A stretch of 64,000 nucleotides of DNA from an uncultured Clostridium sp. (GTDB lineage: Bacteria; Bacillota; Clostridia; TANB77; CAG-508). Numbering within the stretch: the first letter of the stretch is position 1; every line of letters begins with the position of its first letter. Location of the stretch: positions 48,282 through 112,281 of the forward strand of contig CAMNPT010000001.1 in assembly GCA_946548575.1 (NCBI GenBank), read 5' to 3'. The notes under the pieces were generated by a model, which searched no databases, had not been told where the DNA came from, and saw only the letters and a list, made by a program, of their open reading frames with translations. The translations under genes were made by a program, and so were the position numbers. Below, in pieces: positions 20,781 through 29,988 of this stretch.

Positions 20781-21740
20781 TTATTCAAATATATCAAATT
20801 CTTGTATATTATTTCCCCTCAAATATTCTTTTATATTCATTCTTTTAGCATTTTCACCTTGAATTTCAATTACACTTATTACAGAATTATCTTTTGCTTT
20901 TATGTATAATCCATCTTTCGAATCTGATACAATAACTGTACCGTTTTTATGAATTTTTAAATTATTTTTATCATAATCTATGTCTTTTACAATATTTACT
21001 TTCCAAAATTTTATTTTCTTTCCATTTAAAAAAGTATATGCTCCCATTATTGGGTTTAAGCCTCTTACCAAATTTTTTATTTCTTCTGCTGTTTTGTTTT
21101 CCCAGTCGATTTTTGCCATTTGTTTATTTAACATAGGAGCCATTGTATAATCTTCATCTTGTTTTATTCTTGGCGCTGTTCCTTCTTCGATTTGTTTTAA
21201 TGTTTTTACTAAAAGCTCTCCTCCAACTTTTGAAAGTCTTTCCCATAATTCACCTGTTGTTTCATCTTCTCCAATTAAAACTTCTTGCTTTAAAATTATA
21301 TCTCCTGTATCCATACCTTCGTCCATATACATAGTTGTAATACCTGTTTTTTTATCTCCATTTAAAACTGCCCATTGAATTGGCGCGGCACCTCTATATT
21401 TTGGAAGTAAAGAACCATGTACATTTATGCAACCTAATTTTGGTATTTCTAATAATTCTTTTGGTAAGATTTTCCCATAGGCAACAACACATATAATATC
21501 TGGGTTTAATGATTTCATTTTTTCAATAAATTCATCATTATTTTTTACCTTTGTTGGTTGGTAAATTTCTAATCCATTTTCTTCTGCAAATTCTTTTACA
21601 GGTGATTTTACAAGTTTCATACCTCTACCTTTTGGTTTATCTGGATTAGTTACAACTCCTATTATATTGAAATCATTTTTATATATTGCTTTTAAGCTTT
21701 CCTCTGCAAAATCTGGTGTTCCCATAAAAACAATATTCAT
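20781..21740 (-). CDS. fmt: methionyl-tRNA formyltransferase
   Basis: formyl transferase N-terminal domain NIVFMGTPDFA, HGSLLPKYRGAAPIQWA; operon with def. Confidence 0.9.
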   Translation of the reverse strand: MNIVFMGTPDFAEESLKAIYKNDFNIIGVVTNPDKPKGRGMKLVKSPVKEFAEENGLEIYQPTKVKNNDEFIEKMKSLNPDIICVVAYGKILPKELLEIPKLGCINVHGSLLPKYRGAAPIQWAVLNGDKKTGITTMYMDEGMDTGDIILKQEVLIGEDETTGELWERLSKVGGELLVKTLKQIEEGTAPRIKQDEDYTMAPMLNKQMAKIDWENKTAEEIKNLVRGLNPIMGAYTFLNGKKIKFWKVNIVKDIDYDKNNLKIHKNGTVIVSDSKDGLYIKAKDNSVISVIEIQGENAKRMNIKEYLRGNNIQEFDIFE

Positions 21741-22237
21741 TATTTTTCCTCCTCTGGTTCAACATATTCCAAAGTTCCTGGTATTATTTTATCTATAAAA
21801 ACTTCTCCATTTAAATGATCTACTTCATGAGAAATAGCTTGAGCTAATAACTCTTTGGCTTTAACTCTCATTCTTTTACCTTTTCTATCAGTATATTCGG
21901 CTGTAACTTCAGCAGGTCTAATTACCTTAGCAAATTCATTTGGAAAGCTTAAACACCCTTCTTCTACTTCTTGTTCACCTTTTGTTTTTGTTATAACAGG
22001 ATTTATTAATACAATTGGTCCTTTATCATCATATAAATCTATTACAACAACTCTTTTTAAAATACCAACTTGTACAGCTGCTAAACCTACTCCATTATAC
22101 TTGTGCATAGTTTCAATCATATCATCTATTAATATTTGTAATTTATCATCGATTACTTCTACCTCGCGAGATTTTTTTTTCAAAATCTCATCACCTTCAT
22201 ATCTTAAATTTCTAATAGCCATTTTTACTCCTTTCAA
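21740..22237 (-). CDS. def: peptide deformylase
   Basis: motifs GVGLAAVQVG, EGCLSFP, HEVDHLNG; 165 aa. Confidence 0.9.
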   Translation of the reverse strand: MKGVKMAIRNLRYEGDEILKKKSREVEVIDDKLQILIDDMIETMHKYNGVGLAAVQVGILKRVVVIDLYDDKGPIVLINPVITKTKGEQEVEEGCLSFPNEFAKVIRPAEVTAEYTDRKGKRMRVKAKELLAQAISHEVDHLNGEVFIDKIIPGTLEYVEPEEEK

Positions 22238-22246
22238 AATTCCGAT

Positions 22247-24476
22247 TTAAGCCATATTATTTGGATTAACATCAATACTTATTCTAGTATCTTTCATGTC
22301 CAATTCATAAACTTTTTTTAAACATTTATTTAATATAATATTTGCATTTTCATTCATATTACCTTTAATTATTATTCTATAGCGCCATTTATTTTGTATT
22401 TTATCTATTGGTGCTGGCATTGGCATAAACACTTTAAACTCGTCATTTAAGTTATTATTTAAATATTTATATACCCTATTACTTAATATTTTAATTTTTT
22501 CTTCACTTTTACTTGTAAAACTAATTAATATTATATCGCAAAATGGCGGATATTTCAACTGTTTCCTTAAATGTATTTCTGTTTCATAAAATTCTTGGTA
22601 ATTTTGTTTTCTTGCACATTGAATTGTAAAATTTTCTGGATTATATGTTTGAACAATAACCTTACCTGGTAATTTTTCTCTTCCTGCTCTTCCTGCAACT
22701 TGAGTTAGAATTTGAAATGTTCGTTCATTTGCTCTATAATCATCTATGTTTAAAGAACTATCTGCCGCAATTACTCCTACCAATGTTACATTTGGAAAAT
22801 GATGTCCTTTAACTACCATTTGTGTTCCAATTAATATATCTATGTTTTCATTTTTAAATGTATTTAAAATTTTTTCATGCGAATTTTTCTTTGTTACGGT
22901 ATCAACATCCATTCTAATTGTTTTTGCAGTAGGAAATTGTTTCTTTATTTCTTGTTCTAACTTCTGTGTTCCTGTCCCAAAGTAACGTATTTTTTTACTT
23001 CCACATTCTGGACAAATTGTTACAATATTTTCTTCATATCCACAATAATGACATTTTAGTTTTTTTTCATAACTATGATATGTTAAACTTATATCACAAT
23101 TTTTGCATTTTACTGTATATCCACACTCTCTACACATTATAAATGTTGAATAACCTCTTCTGTTTAAAAATAAGATTGTTTGTCTTCTCTGTTTTAAATT
23201 ATCATCTATTTTTGAATATAATTCTCTACTAAGCATTGAATGATTTCCATTTGCCAATTCTTGTTTTAAATCTATTACTGTTACTTCAGGTAATGATGAG
23301 TTATTAGCTCTCTTTCTTAATTTCAATAACTCTATCTTATTTAATTCTGTTGAATTATAATATGAATTTAAGTCTGGTGTTGCACTCCCTAATAGTAGTG
23401 GACATTTCATTTGTTTTCCTATGAATTTTGCAACTTGTTTTGCATCATATTTTGGATTTGATTCAGATTTATATGAACTATCATGTTCTTCATCTATTAT
23501 TATTATTCCTAAATCTTTAACAGGTGCAAATATAGCTGATCTTGCTCCTATTACTATTTTAGCATCTCCACTTTTTATTTTGTTCCATTCATCATATCTT
23601 TCACCTATTGATAGTTTACTATGTATTATTGCAATTTTTTCTTTTCCAAACCTTGATATAAATCTTTCCAACATTTGTGGTGTAAGTGATATTTCTGGTA
23701 CTAATACTATTGCTGATTTTCCTTTTTCTAATACTTTATTAATTAGTTGTAAATAGATTTCCGTTTTTCCGCGATCCTGTTACTCCATATAGCAAAAATT
23801 CTTTAAAAATATTTCTTTCTATTTGTTCTGATACTTTATTAAATGCATATTGTTGTTCTTCATTTAGCTTTAAATTTTTTGTTTCTTTGATATTTTTACC
23901 CTCTAATGGATTTCTTTCTATTTTCTTTTCAACTATTTCTAAATAACCATTTTTTATTAAAGTATTTACTATTGCTCTAGATGAATCTGTAAATAATTCT
24001 ATTTCCGTGATTGTCGCACCTTCATTATTTTTTACAAATTCTATAATTCTTTTTTGTTTATCAGACTTTATTTTTCCAGTATCTATATCAAATTCAATTT
24101 CATCTAAAGACTTATTTAAATAAATAACATTTATTATTTTATCTTTTACTTTTTTCTCTTTTGTTCTTGTTCCTGGTGCAAGCATTAGCTTTATACAATC
24201 TGATATATTGCAAAAATAATGCTTTGACATCCATTTTGCAAGTTTAATTTGATTTTCATTTAGATTATCTTCTATTTTTTCAATATCTTTTATTTCATAT
24301 TCAGAACTTTCCTTAAAGCCAACTATAAAAGCTTCTTCTAATTTTCCTCCCTTTCCAAAAGGAACTAAGACCTTACTACCAATAACTGTAAGGTCTTGAA
24401 ATTCTTTAGGAATATTATAATCAAATGTTCTATTTAATTTTTTTGCTGTTCTATTTATAATTACTTCTGCAACCAT
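22247..24476 (-). CDS. priA: primosomal protein N' (PriA helicase), +1 frameshift at + strand 23771
   Basis: N-terminal ORF ends ...LLYGVTGSRKNGNLFTTN*; corrected frame gives [42 protein letters not shown] joining ORF 22247..23674 (zinc-finger CxxC pairs, helicase C); tcg-C-gga. Confidence 0.8.
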
Positions 24477-25022
24477 TTTTTATACTCTTCTTCTATTTTA
24501 TCTGCAACTTCATCTGGTGTTAAATTTGTAGTATCTATTACTAAATCATAATTAGACTCATCTTCTTTTCTAACTTTATATAACTCCCAATATCTTTCAT
24601 TTTCAAGTTTATATCTTTTTTCCATGTCAGCTTTTTGTTCTTCTAAAGTTTTAAAATTTTCAGAATCTTTACGATTTTCATCTTCTAATGCTCTTTTTGC
24701 TGCTACATCTATATCTACTTTTAAATATACTTTAAATGACTCAGGTACTGCATACCAACCTAATCTTGCATCTATTATAAAATTATCATTGGTTTTAGCA
24801 TATTCTTTAGCGCTACTTTCTATTTGTATATCTATTTCTGGATGTTCTTTAACATAAACATTAAAAGATGTAACATCCATATCCATATCTTTTGCTAGTT
24901 TTCTAAAATAATCTCCATTTCTATATATTCCATAATCTAATTTTTTCATTAATATTTTAGATACTGTTCCTTTTCCGACTAGCTAATTCTCCACCTAAGG
25001 TAATGATATGTTTTTTTTCCAT
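24461..25022 (-). CDS. cytidylate-kinase-like (Cytidylate_kin2 / AAA) family protein, +1 frameshift at + strand 24977
   Basis: ATG MEKKHIITLGGELAS then agt-C-gga shifts into GKGTVSKILMKKLDYG...(ORF 24461..24949); sits where gmk normally lies next to rpoZ. Confidence 0.6.
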
Positions 25023-25025
25023 TTT

Positions 25026-25244
25026 TTATTTCCCTTCTATATTTTGATTATTTTGTTCTTCTATTTTTACTGTACCCTCTGCAATTTCATTTGCAGCTAG
25101 TGTTACTGGAGAATCTTCTTTAACACTAGTTTTTGCTTCTGAACCTGAAGCTATTTGTCTTGCTCTTCTAGCTGTTGCTATTACTAACTCATATCTATTA
25201 TTTGCTTTTGTTAAAAGTTCTGCTACTGTTGGTTTTGTTATCAT
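25026..25244 (-). CDS. rpoZ: DNA-directed RNA polymerase subunit omega
   Basis: ELLTKANNRYELVIATARRARQI omega signature; 72 aa. Confidence 0.85.
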   Translation of the reverse strand: MITKPTVAELLTKANNRYELVIATARRARQIASGSEAKTSVKEDSPVTLAANEIAEGTVKIEEQNNQNIEGK

Positions 25245-25270
25245 TAAAATCCCCCCTCTATATTTATAAT

Positions 25271-25552
25271 TTATTTTCCACTATCTGATAATTGTTTATT
25301 AATTTCTTCTTGTGCCATTGTTTTATCAATTCTTCCACCTACTGTTTCAGGTTGAACAGCAGATAATATAATATGACCTGAATCCATAATTAATACTGCT
25401 CTTGTTCTTCTTCCATATGTAGCATCAACAGCAGTTTTATTATCTTTAGCATCTTGTATCATCCTTTTTATTGGTGCTGATTCTGGGCTAACAATTGCTA
25501 CTATTCTATCAGATGAAACTATATTTCCAAATCCTATATTTACTAATTGCAT
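25271..25552 (-). CDS. remA: RemA (YlzA, DUF370) family regulator
   Basis: [28 protein letters not shown] signature; 93 aa; conserved position between yicC and rpoZ. Confidence 0.8.
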   Translation of the reverse strand: MQLVNIGFGNIVSSDRIVAIVSPESAPIKRMIQDAKDNKTAVDATYGRRTRAVLIMDSGHIILSAVQPETVGGRIDKTMAQEEINKQLSDSGK

Positions 25553-25566
25553 ATAATCAATCCTTT

Positions 25567-26445
25567 CTATTCTATATTTTGTACTTGTTCTCTTATGTTT
25601 TCAATTTCTGTTTTTATGTCTATAACTCTATTGGTTATTTCTAAATTATTTGCCTTTGAACCAATTGTATTTGTTTCTCTATTCATCTCTTGAGTAAGAA
25701 AATCTAGTTTTTTTCCTATAGCTTCATTTGAATTTAATAATGTTTTAAATTGTTGAATGTGAGAATCAAGCCTTGTAACTTCTTCTTCAATAGAACATTT
25801 ATCTGCATATATAACAACTTCTTCTGCTAATCTTCTTTCATCTATTTCTTGAGTTTTTAATATTTGCTTAATTCTTTCTTTTAATTTTACTACATATTCA
25901 TCTATAAGTCCAGTAGAAAGTTTAGATATTTCATCCACCTTTTGTTTTATAATATTTAATCTTTTTAATAAATCTTCTGAAATTTTTATTCCTTCTGTTT
26001 GTCTCATTTCTATTAATCCATCTGTAGCTTCTTTTACAACATTTAAAATTTCTGATTTAATAATTTCATCATTTTCACTACTTTGTTGAATTTTCAATAC
26101 ATCAGGATATCTTGCTATATCATTTACTTGAATGTCAGCTGATATGTTTTCTTGTTCGGCTAAATTTCGTAATTCATTAATATAAATTCTAGCCAACTCA
26201 GAATTTATTTTTATGTCTTTTCCTTCTAAAGAATTATTTTCAAATGTAACAAAAACATCTATCTTTCCTCTTTTTGCTTTTGATGAAATTTCTTTTTTTA
26301 TTTCTTCTTCTAAATAACTAAGTTCTTTCGGCATTTTTACTGAAATATCTAAATATCTATGATTAACACTTTTAATTTGTATTTCATAATTTCTTAAATT
26401 TGTTGAATCACTAGCTTTTCCATACCCAGTCATACTTTTAATCAT
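25567..26445 (-). CDS. yicC: YicC/YloC family stress-induced protein
   Basis: MTGYGKA N-terminus and C-terminal [14 protein letters not shown] motif; 292 aa. Confidence 0.8.
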   Translation of the reverse strand: MIKSMTGYGKASDSTNLRNYEIQIKSVNHRYLDISVKMPKELSYLEEEIKKEISSKAKRGKIDVFVTFENNSLEGKDIKINSELARIYINELRNLAEQENISADIQVNDIARYPDVLKIQQSSENDEIIKSEILNVVKEATDGLIEMRQTEGIKISEDLLKRLNIIKQKVDEISKLSTGLIDEYVVKLKERIKQILKTQEIDERRLAEEVVIYADKCSIEEEVTRLDSHIQQFKTLLNSNEAIGKKLDFLTQEMNRETNTIGSKANNLEITNRVIDIKTEIENIREQVQNIE

Positions 26446-26906
26446 TTTTTATTTGCTCCTTTTTTTACATTTTTTTTAGTTGCAACTTTTTTTACAGGTT
26501 CGTCTTTTTTTACTATTTCTGATATATCACTTAATTCATTTAAAGTTTTTCTTTTATTTAATGTATAAATGATTATTACTTTTAATATATAATAAATTGT
26601 AAACATACAAAATGATACAAATATATAACTTTTATAATCAATTTTCAATATATTTGTAATATGTATAATTGATAATGAATGAAATGAAAGTATAAATAAC
26701 TCTATACTTGTTAATACAATATTTCCATTATCTTCTCTGTAAGCTTTTTCTAAAAATAAGATTCCTAAAACTAGGTATATACCTGCGAAAAACTGTATAT
26801 CATAAACTAATCTTTCTAAATTCATTCTAGTATATGCAAGGTTTAGAACGAAAAAATATAACATTATACAAATAGCTTTTATTACATTTTCTATAATCCC
26901 TTTCAT
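26442..26906 (-). CDS. hypothetical membrane protein
   Basis: 154 aa, 4 predicted TM segments, lysine-rich C-terminus. Confidence 0.4.
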   Translation of the reverse strand: MKGIIENVIKAICIMLYFFVLNLAYTRMNLERLVYDIQFFAGIYLVLGILFLEKAYREDNGNIVLTSIELFILSFHSLSIIHITNILKIDYKSYIFVSFCMFTIYYILKVIIIYTLNKRKTLNELSDISEIVKKDEPVKKVATKKNVKKGANKK

Positions 26907-26915
26907 TATTTCCTC

Positions 26916-27656
26916 CTAATCTTCTAACTCATACATTATAATACTTAATATGTTTATAGCAACTGTTTCTGTTCTAAGTATTCTTTTCCCTAGAGTAACA
27001 GATATAGCTCCGTTTTGAGTTAAAGATGAAAACTCTTCTTCAGAAATTCCTCCTTCTGGTCCAACTATAACTGCTATTTTTAAATTATTTTTGTTTAGAT
27101 TTTGTAATTCTTTTTTTATAGTGTTTTGTTTTTCATTTTCATATGCTAATAATACTATATCATATTCCTTTATTAAATTACAAATATTTTTTATATTCAC
27201 TATATTATTTATTTTTGGAATTATATTTCTTCCACATTGCTTAGCCGCAACCTCTGAAATTTTTTGCCATCTTTGTATTTTTTTAGTTTTATCTTTTTCA
27301 TCTAATTTTACAACACATCTTTTCATTTCTACAGGAATTATATCATAAGCTCCAAGTTCTACAGCTTTTTGAATTATCAATTCCATTTTATTAGACTTTG
27401 GTAATCCTTGAAATATTGTAACTTTAGTTATTGGTTCTATATCAGATTCTAATGTATTTATTATTTCACATTCAATTTGCTTTTCATTTAATTCGCATAT
27501 TTTACATAAATAATCTTCACAGTTGTCCTTATCACAAATAATTAATTCTTCACCAACTTTTTTTCTTAGTACATTTTTCACATGATTTACATCTTGTCCA
27601 ATAATTAATATTTTATTATCTTTAATTTGTTCTTGTGTTACAAAAAATTTTGGCAT
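26916..27656 (-). CDS. rsmE: 16S rRNA (uracil1498-N3)-methyltransferase RsmE
   Basis: RsmE family; C-terminal GPEGG motif region VIVGPEGGISEEE; 246 aa. Confidence 0.8.
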   Translation of the reverse strand: MPKFFVTQEQIKDNKILIIGQDVNHVKNVLRKKVGEELIICDKDNCEDYLCKICELNEKQIECEIINTLESDIEPITKVTIFQGLPKSNKMELIIQKAVELGAYDIIPVEMKRCVVKLDEKDKTKKIQRWQKISEVAAKQCGRNIIPKINNIVNIKNICNLIKEYDIVLLAYENEKQNTIKKELQNLNKNNLKIAVIVGPEGGISEEEFSSLTQNGAISVTLGKRILRTETVAINILSIIMYELED

Positions 27657-27680
27657 ATTGTTCTCCTTTTTATGTACAGT

Positions 27681-27709
27681 ATTATATCACAAAAAATAAT
27701 TTTTGCCAA
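27681..27709 (-). promoter_or_regulatory. sigma-A promoter for rsmE (TTGGCA-17-TATAAT with TG extension)
   Basis: minus-strand TTGGCAAAAATTATTTTTTGTGATATAAT about 35 nt upstream of the rsmE RBS. Confidence 0.5.
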
Positions 27710-27790
27710 CAGGTACAAAGAGACACTCTTTGGCATATTTGTCAAAGAGTGTCCCTTTGTTCCTATAAGAGGAAATAAAAGAACTTCCTC

Positions 27791-28330
27791 TTAATAGTTT
27801 TCTGATTTTATTTCAAAATATGCTTTTGGATGTGCACATACTGGACATACTTCTGGAGCTGATTTTCCTATAACTATGTGTCCACAATTTCTACATTTCC
27901 ATATTCTGTCTCCATCTTTACTAAATACTAAATCACCATTGATATTATCTAATAATTTTTTATATCTTTCTTCATGTTCTTTTTCAATTTTTCCAACTGA
28001 TTCAAATAAAAATGCTATATCATTAAACCCTTCTTCTCTAGCTTCTTTTGCCATTCTGTCATACATATCTGTCCATTCAAAGTTTTCTCCTTCAGCTGCC
28101 ATTTTTAAATTTTCAGTTGTTGTTTTTATATTTCCACCTTGTAATAATTTAAACCATATTTTTGCATGTTCCTTTTCATTATCAGCTGTTTCTTGAAAAA
28201 TTGCTGCTATTTGCTCATATCCTTCTTTTTTTGCTTTACTTGCAAAATATGTGTATTTATTTCTTGCTTGTGATTCTCCAGCGAATGCTTCCATAAGATT
28301 TTTTTCTGTTTTACTTCCTTTTAATTCCAT
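27791..28330 (-). CDS. rbr: rubrerythrin
   Basis: ferritin-like diiron ExxH motifs plus C-terminal rubredoxin CxxC...CxxC (CRNCGH...CPVCAHP). Confidence 0.9.
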   Translation of the reverse strand: MELKGSKTEKNLMEAFAGESQARNKYTYFASKAKKEGYEQIAAIFQETADNEKEHAKIWFKLLQGGNIKTTTENLKMAAEGENFEWTDMYDRMAKEAREEGFNDIAFLFESVGKIEKEHEERYKKLLDNINGDLVFSKDGDRIWKCRNCGHIVIGKSAPEVCPVCAHPKAYFEIKSENY

Positions 28331-28380
28331 AATAATCTTCCTCCTTTTTTATGTCAAAAACTCTGTCCTAATATGGACAT

Positions 28381-28433
28381 TGGTACCGATGGTGGAACTC
28401 GAACCCACATGGTTTCCCGCACGATTTTGAGTC
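28381..28433 (-). repeat. truncated copy of the 3' half of tRNA-Leu(CAA) (53 nt, one mismatch) in direct orientation
   Basis: TGGTACCGATGGTGGaACTCGAACCCACATGGTTTCCCGCACGATTTTGAGTC matches 29850-29902 and diverges after the anticodon loop. Confidence 0.8.
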
Positions 28434-28692
28434 TTTAAAGTTATTTCATACTAATTTATATTTAGTATGAAATAACACTTTAAAACAAGTTCAAAATCAT
28501 TGATTTTCTGCGTTTATTGACACTTTTCTTACCTGCATAAGTATAACATAATTTTTATACATTTGCAAGTTTTTTGCAAAAATGTTAGATGTAAATTGTA
28601 TACTGAAAATCCTAAAAAATATAAGTGAAGTAACCGGTCATATAGTAACAAGACCCCTTTTCCTAAAGATTTCCTTTATAAAAAGGATAAAA

Positions 28693-29742
28693 CTATATTT
28701 CTAATTCTAAATAAGCATATTTACTATCTTCAAAATTTTTTATATCCTCTATTATATTTTTTCCTTTTTCAGATATATCACTTATTCTTTTTATAGTTCC
28801 ACTTTCATCTATAACTAATGGATTTGTGTATCTCTTTTTTACTTTTATGCAAATACAATATTTATCTTTAATTTCTATATTGCTTCTGCCAACTTCTGTA
28901 CTATTTGAAAAGACCTCAAATGCATTTCTGATTTTCTCATTTGAACAATGTTTAATTTTGTTTACTATTTCTTTTTCAGAATACTTATATAAATCTTGTT
29001 CTGTGATATATTTTTCTTCTACCATTTTTCTTAATATATCTGTCCAAAATTGCATAATCATATTGTTTTCACTATTTCCAGAAAATAAATGCCACATTAT
29101 ACTTGCTCTTTCTATGTATTCTTCTGCTATGTTTAAATTTTGAAACCCTATTTCATCTTCTCCATCTTCATTCTTTAATACTTTTAAATCGTTATATATT
29201 CTTTTGATAGATTCTATTGAAAAAGCATCTTGTGTAACTAAACCATCACTTAGTGTATATTCCAATCTATCAGCAGATAATCTTGGGCTATCATTATCTG
29301 CAATTGGATATATATGATAATCTACTATCTCCTCTAATTTTATATTATCTCGCTTTAATAAAGCCATTATTTCTTTTGATTCTTTTATGAACTTTTCTGT
29401 ATGTTCTTCTGTTGATTCTTGCTTTTCATAGTCTCCATGTAAATAATCAACTACATGACTGAAAGATGGAGTTGCTATGTCATGATATAGCCCTGCGATT
29501 GTCTGTTTTTTATCTCTGGTAAAATTCCATACAATTAAAGCAACACCTATACTATGTTCATATCTAGTATGAAAAAATTTATACGGTATCAATCTTGTAT
29601 GTTCACATGCTGATATCATACTTATTCCCTTTAATCTTTGCATTTCTGGTACATTTGTGTATTCAATTAAAAAATCTGGTATATCTTTTGATAAAATTTC
29701 AAAATAATTTTTAATTTCTTCATTCTCTATTTGAAAATCCAT
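28693..29742 (-). CDS. HD domain metal-dependent phosphohydrolase
   Basis: H...HD motif (EHSIGVALIV...GLYHDIATPSFSH); 349 aa; bracketed by tRNA-Leu and its partial repeat. Confidence 0.65.
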   Translation of the reverse strand: MDFQIENEEIKNYFEILSKDIPDFLIEYTNVPEMQRLKGISMISACEHTRLIPYKFFHTRYEHSIGVALIVWNFTRDKKQTIAGLYHDIATPSFSHVVDYLHGDYEKQESTEEHTEKFIKESKEIMALLKRDNIKLEEIVDYHIYPIADNDSPRLSADRLEYTLSDGLVTQDAFSIESIKRIYNDLKVLKNEDGEDEIGFQNLNIAEEYIERASIMWHLFSGNSENNMIMQFWTDILRKMVEEKYITEQDLYKYSEKEIVNKIKHCSNEKIRNAFEVFSNSTEVGRSNIEIKDKYCICIKVKKRYTNPLVIDESGTIKRISDISEKGKNIIEDIKNFEDSKYAYLELEI

Positions 29743-29849
29743 AAAATTTTTCTCCCTATATTTTTTCTATTTTTTTATAGATGTAAAAAACTTACTGATA
29801 CTAAAAAAATTGAAGAAAATAAGTCTTCAATTTCTACAACAAATTAAAT

Positions 29850-29932
29850 TGGTACCGATGGTGGGACTCGAACCCACATGGTTTCCCGCACGATTTTGAG
29901 TCGTGTGCGTCTACCAATTCCGCCACATCGGC
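29850..29932 (-). tRNA. tRNA-Leu (anticodon CAA), CCA encoded
   Basis: cloverleaf readable on minus strand: GCCGATG acceptor, anticodon loop CUCAAAA, long variable arm, T-arm GGGTTCGAGTCCC, terminal ACCA. Confidence 0.85.
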
Positions 29933-29988
29933 ATATGATATTAATCTGTGCTAACTTTATATATATTAGCACAGATTTTCAAAATTGT

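Noticed and set aside
28381-29932. Calling the tRNA-Leu / partial-repeat interval an intact integrative element
   Set aside because: No integrase, excisionase or mobility gene lies in or next to the 1.4 kb interval, so it is only flagged as a possible remnant.
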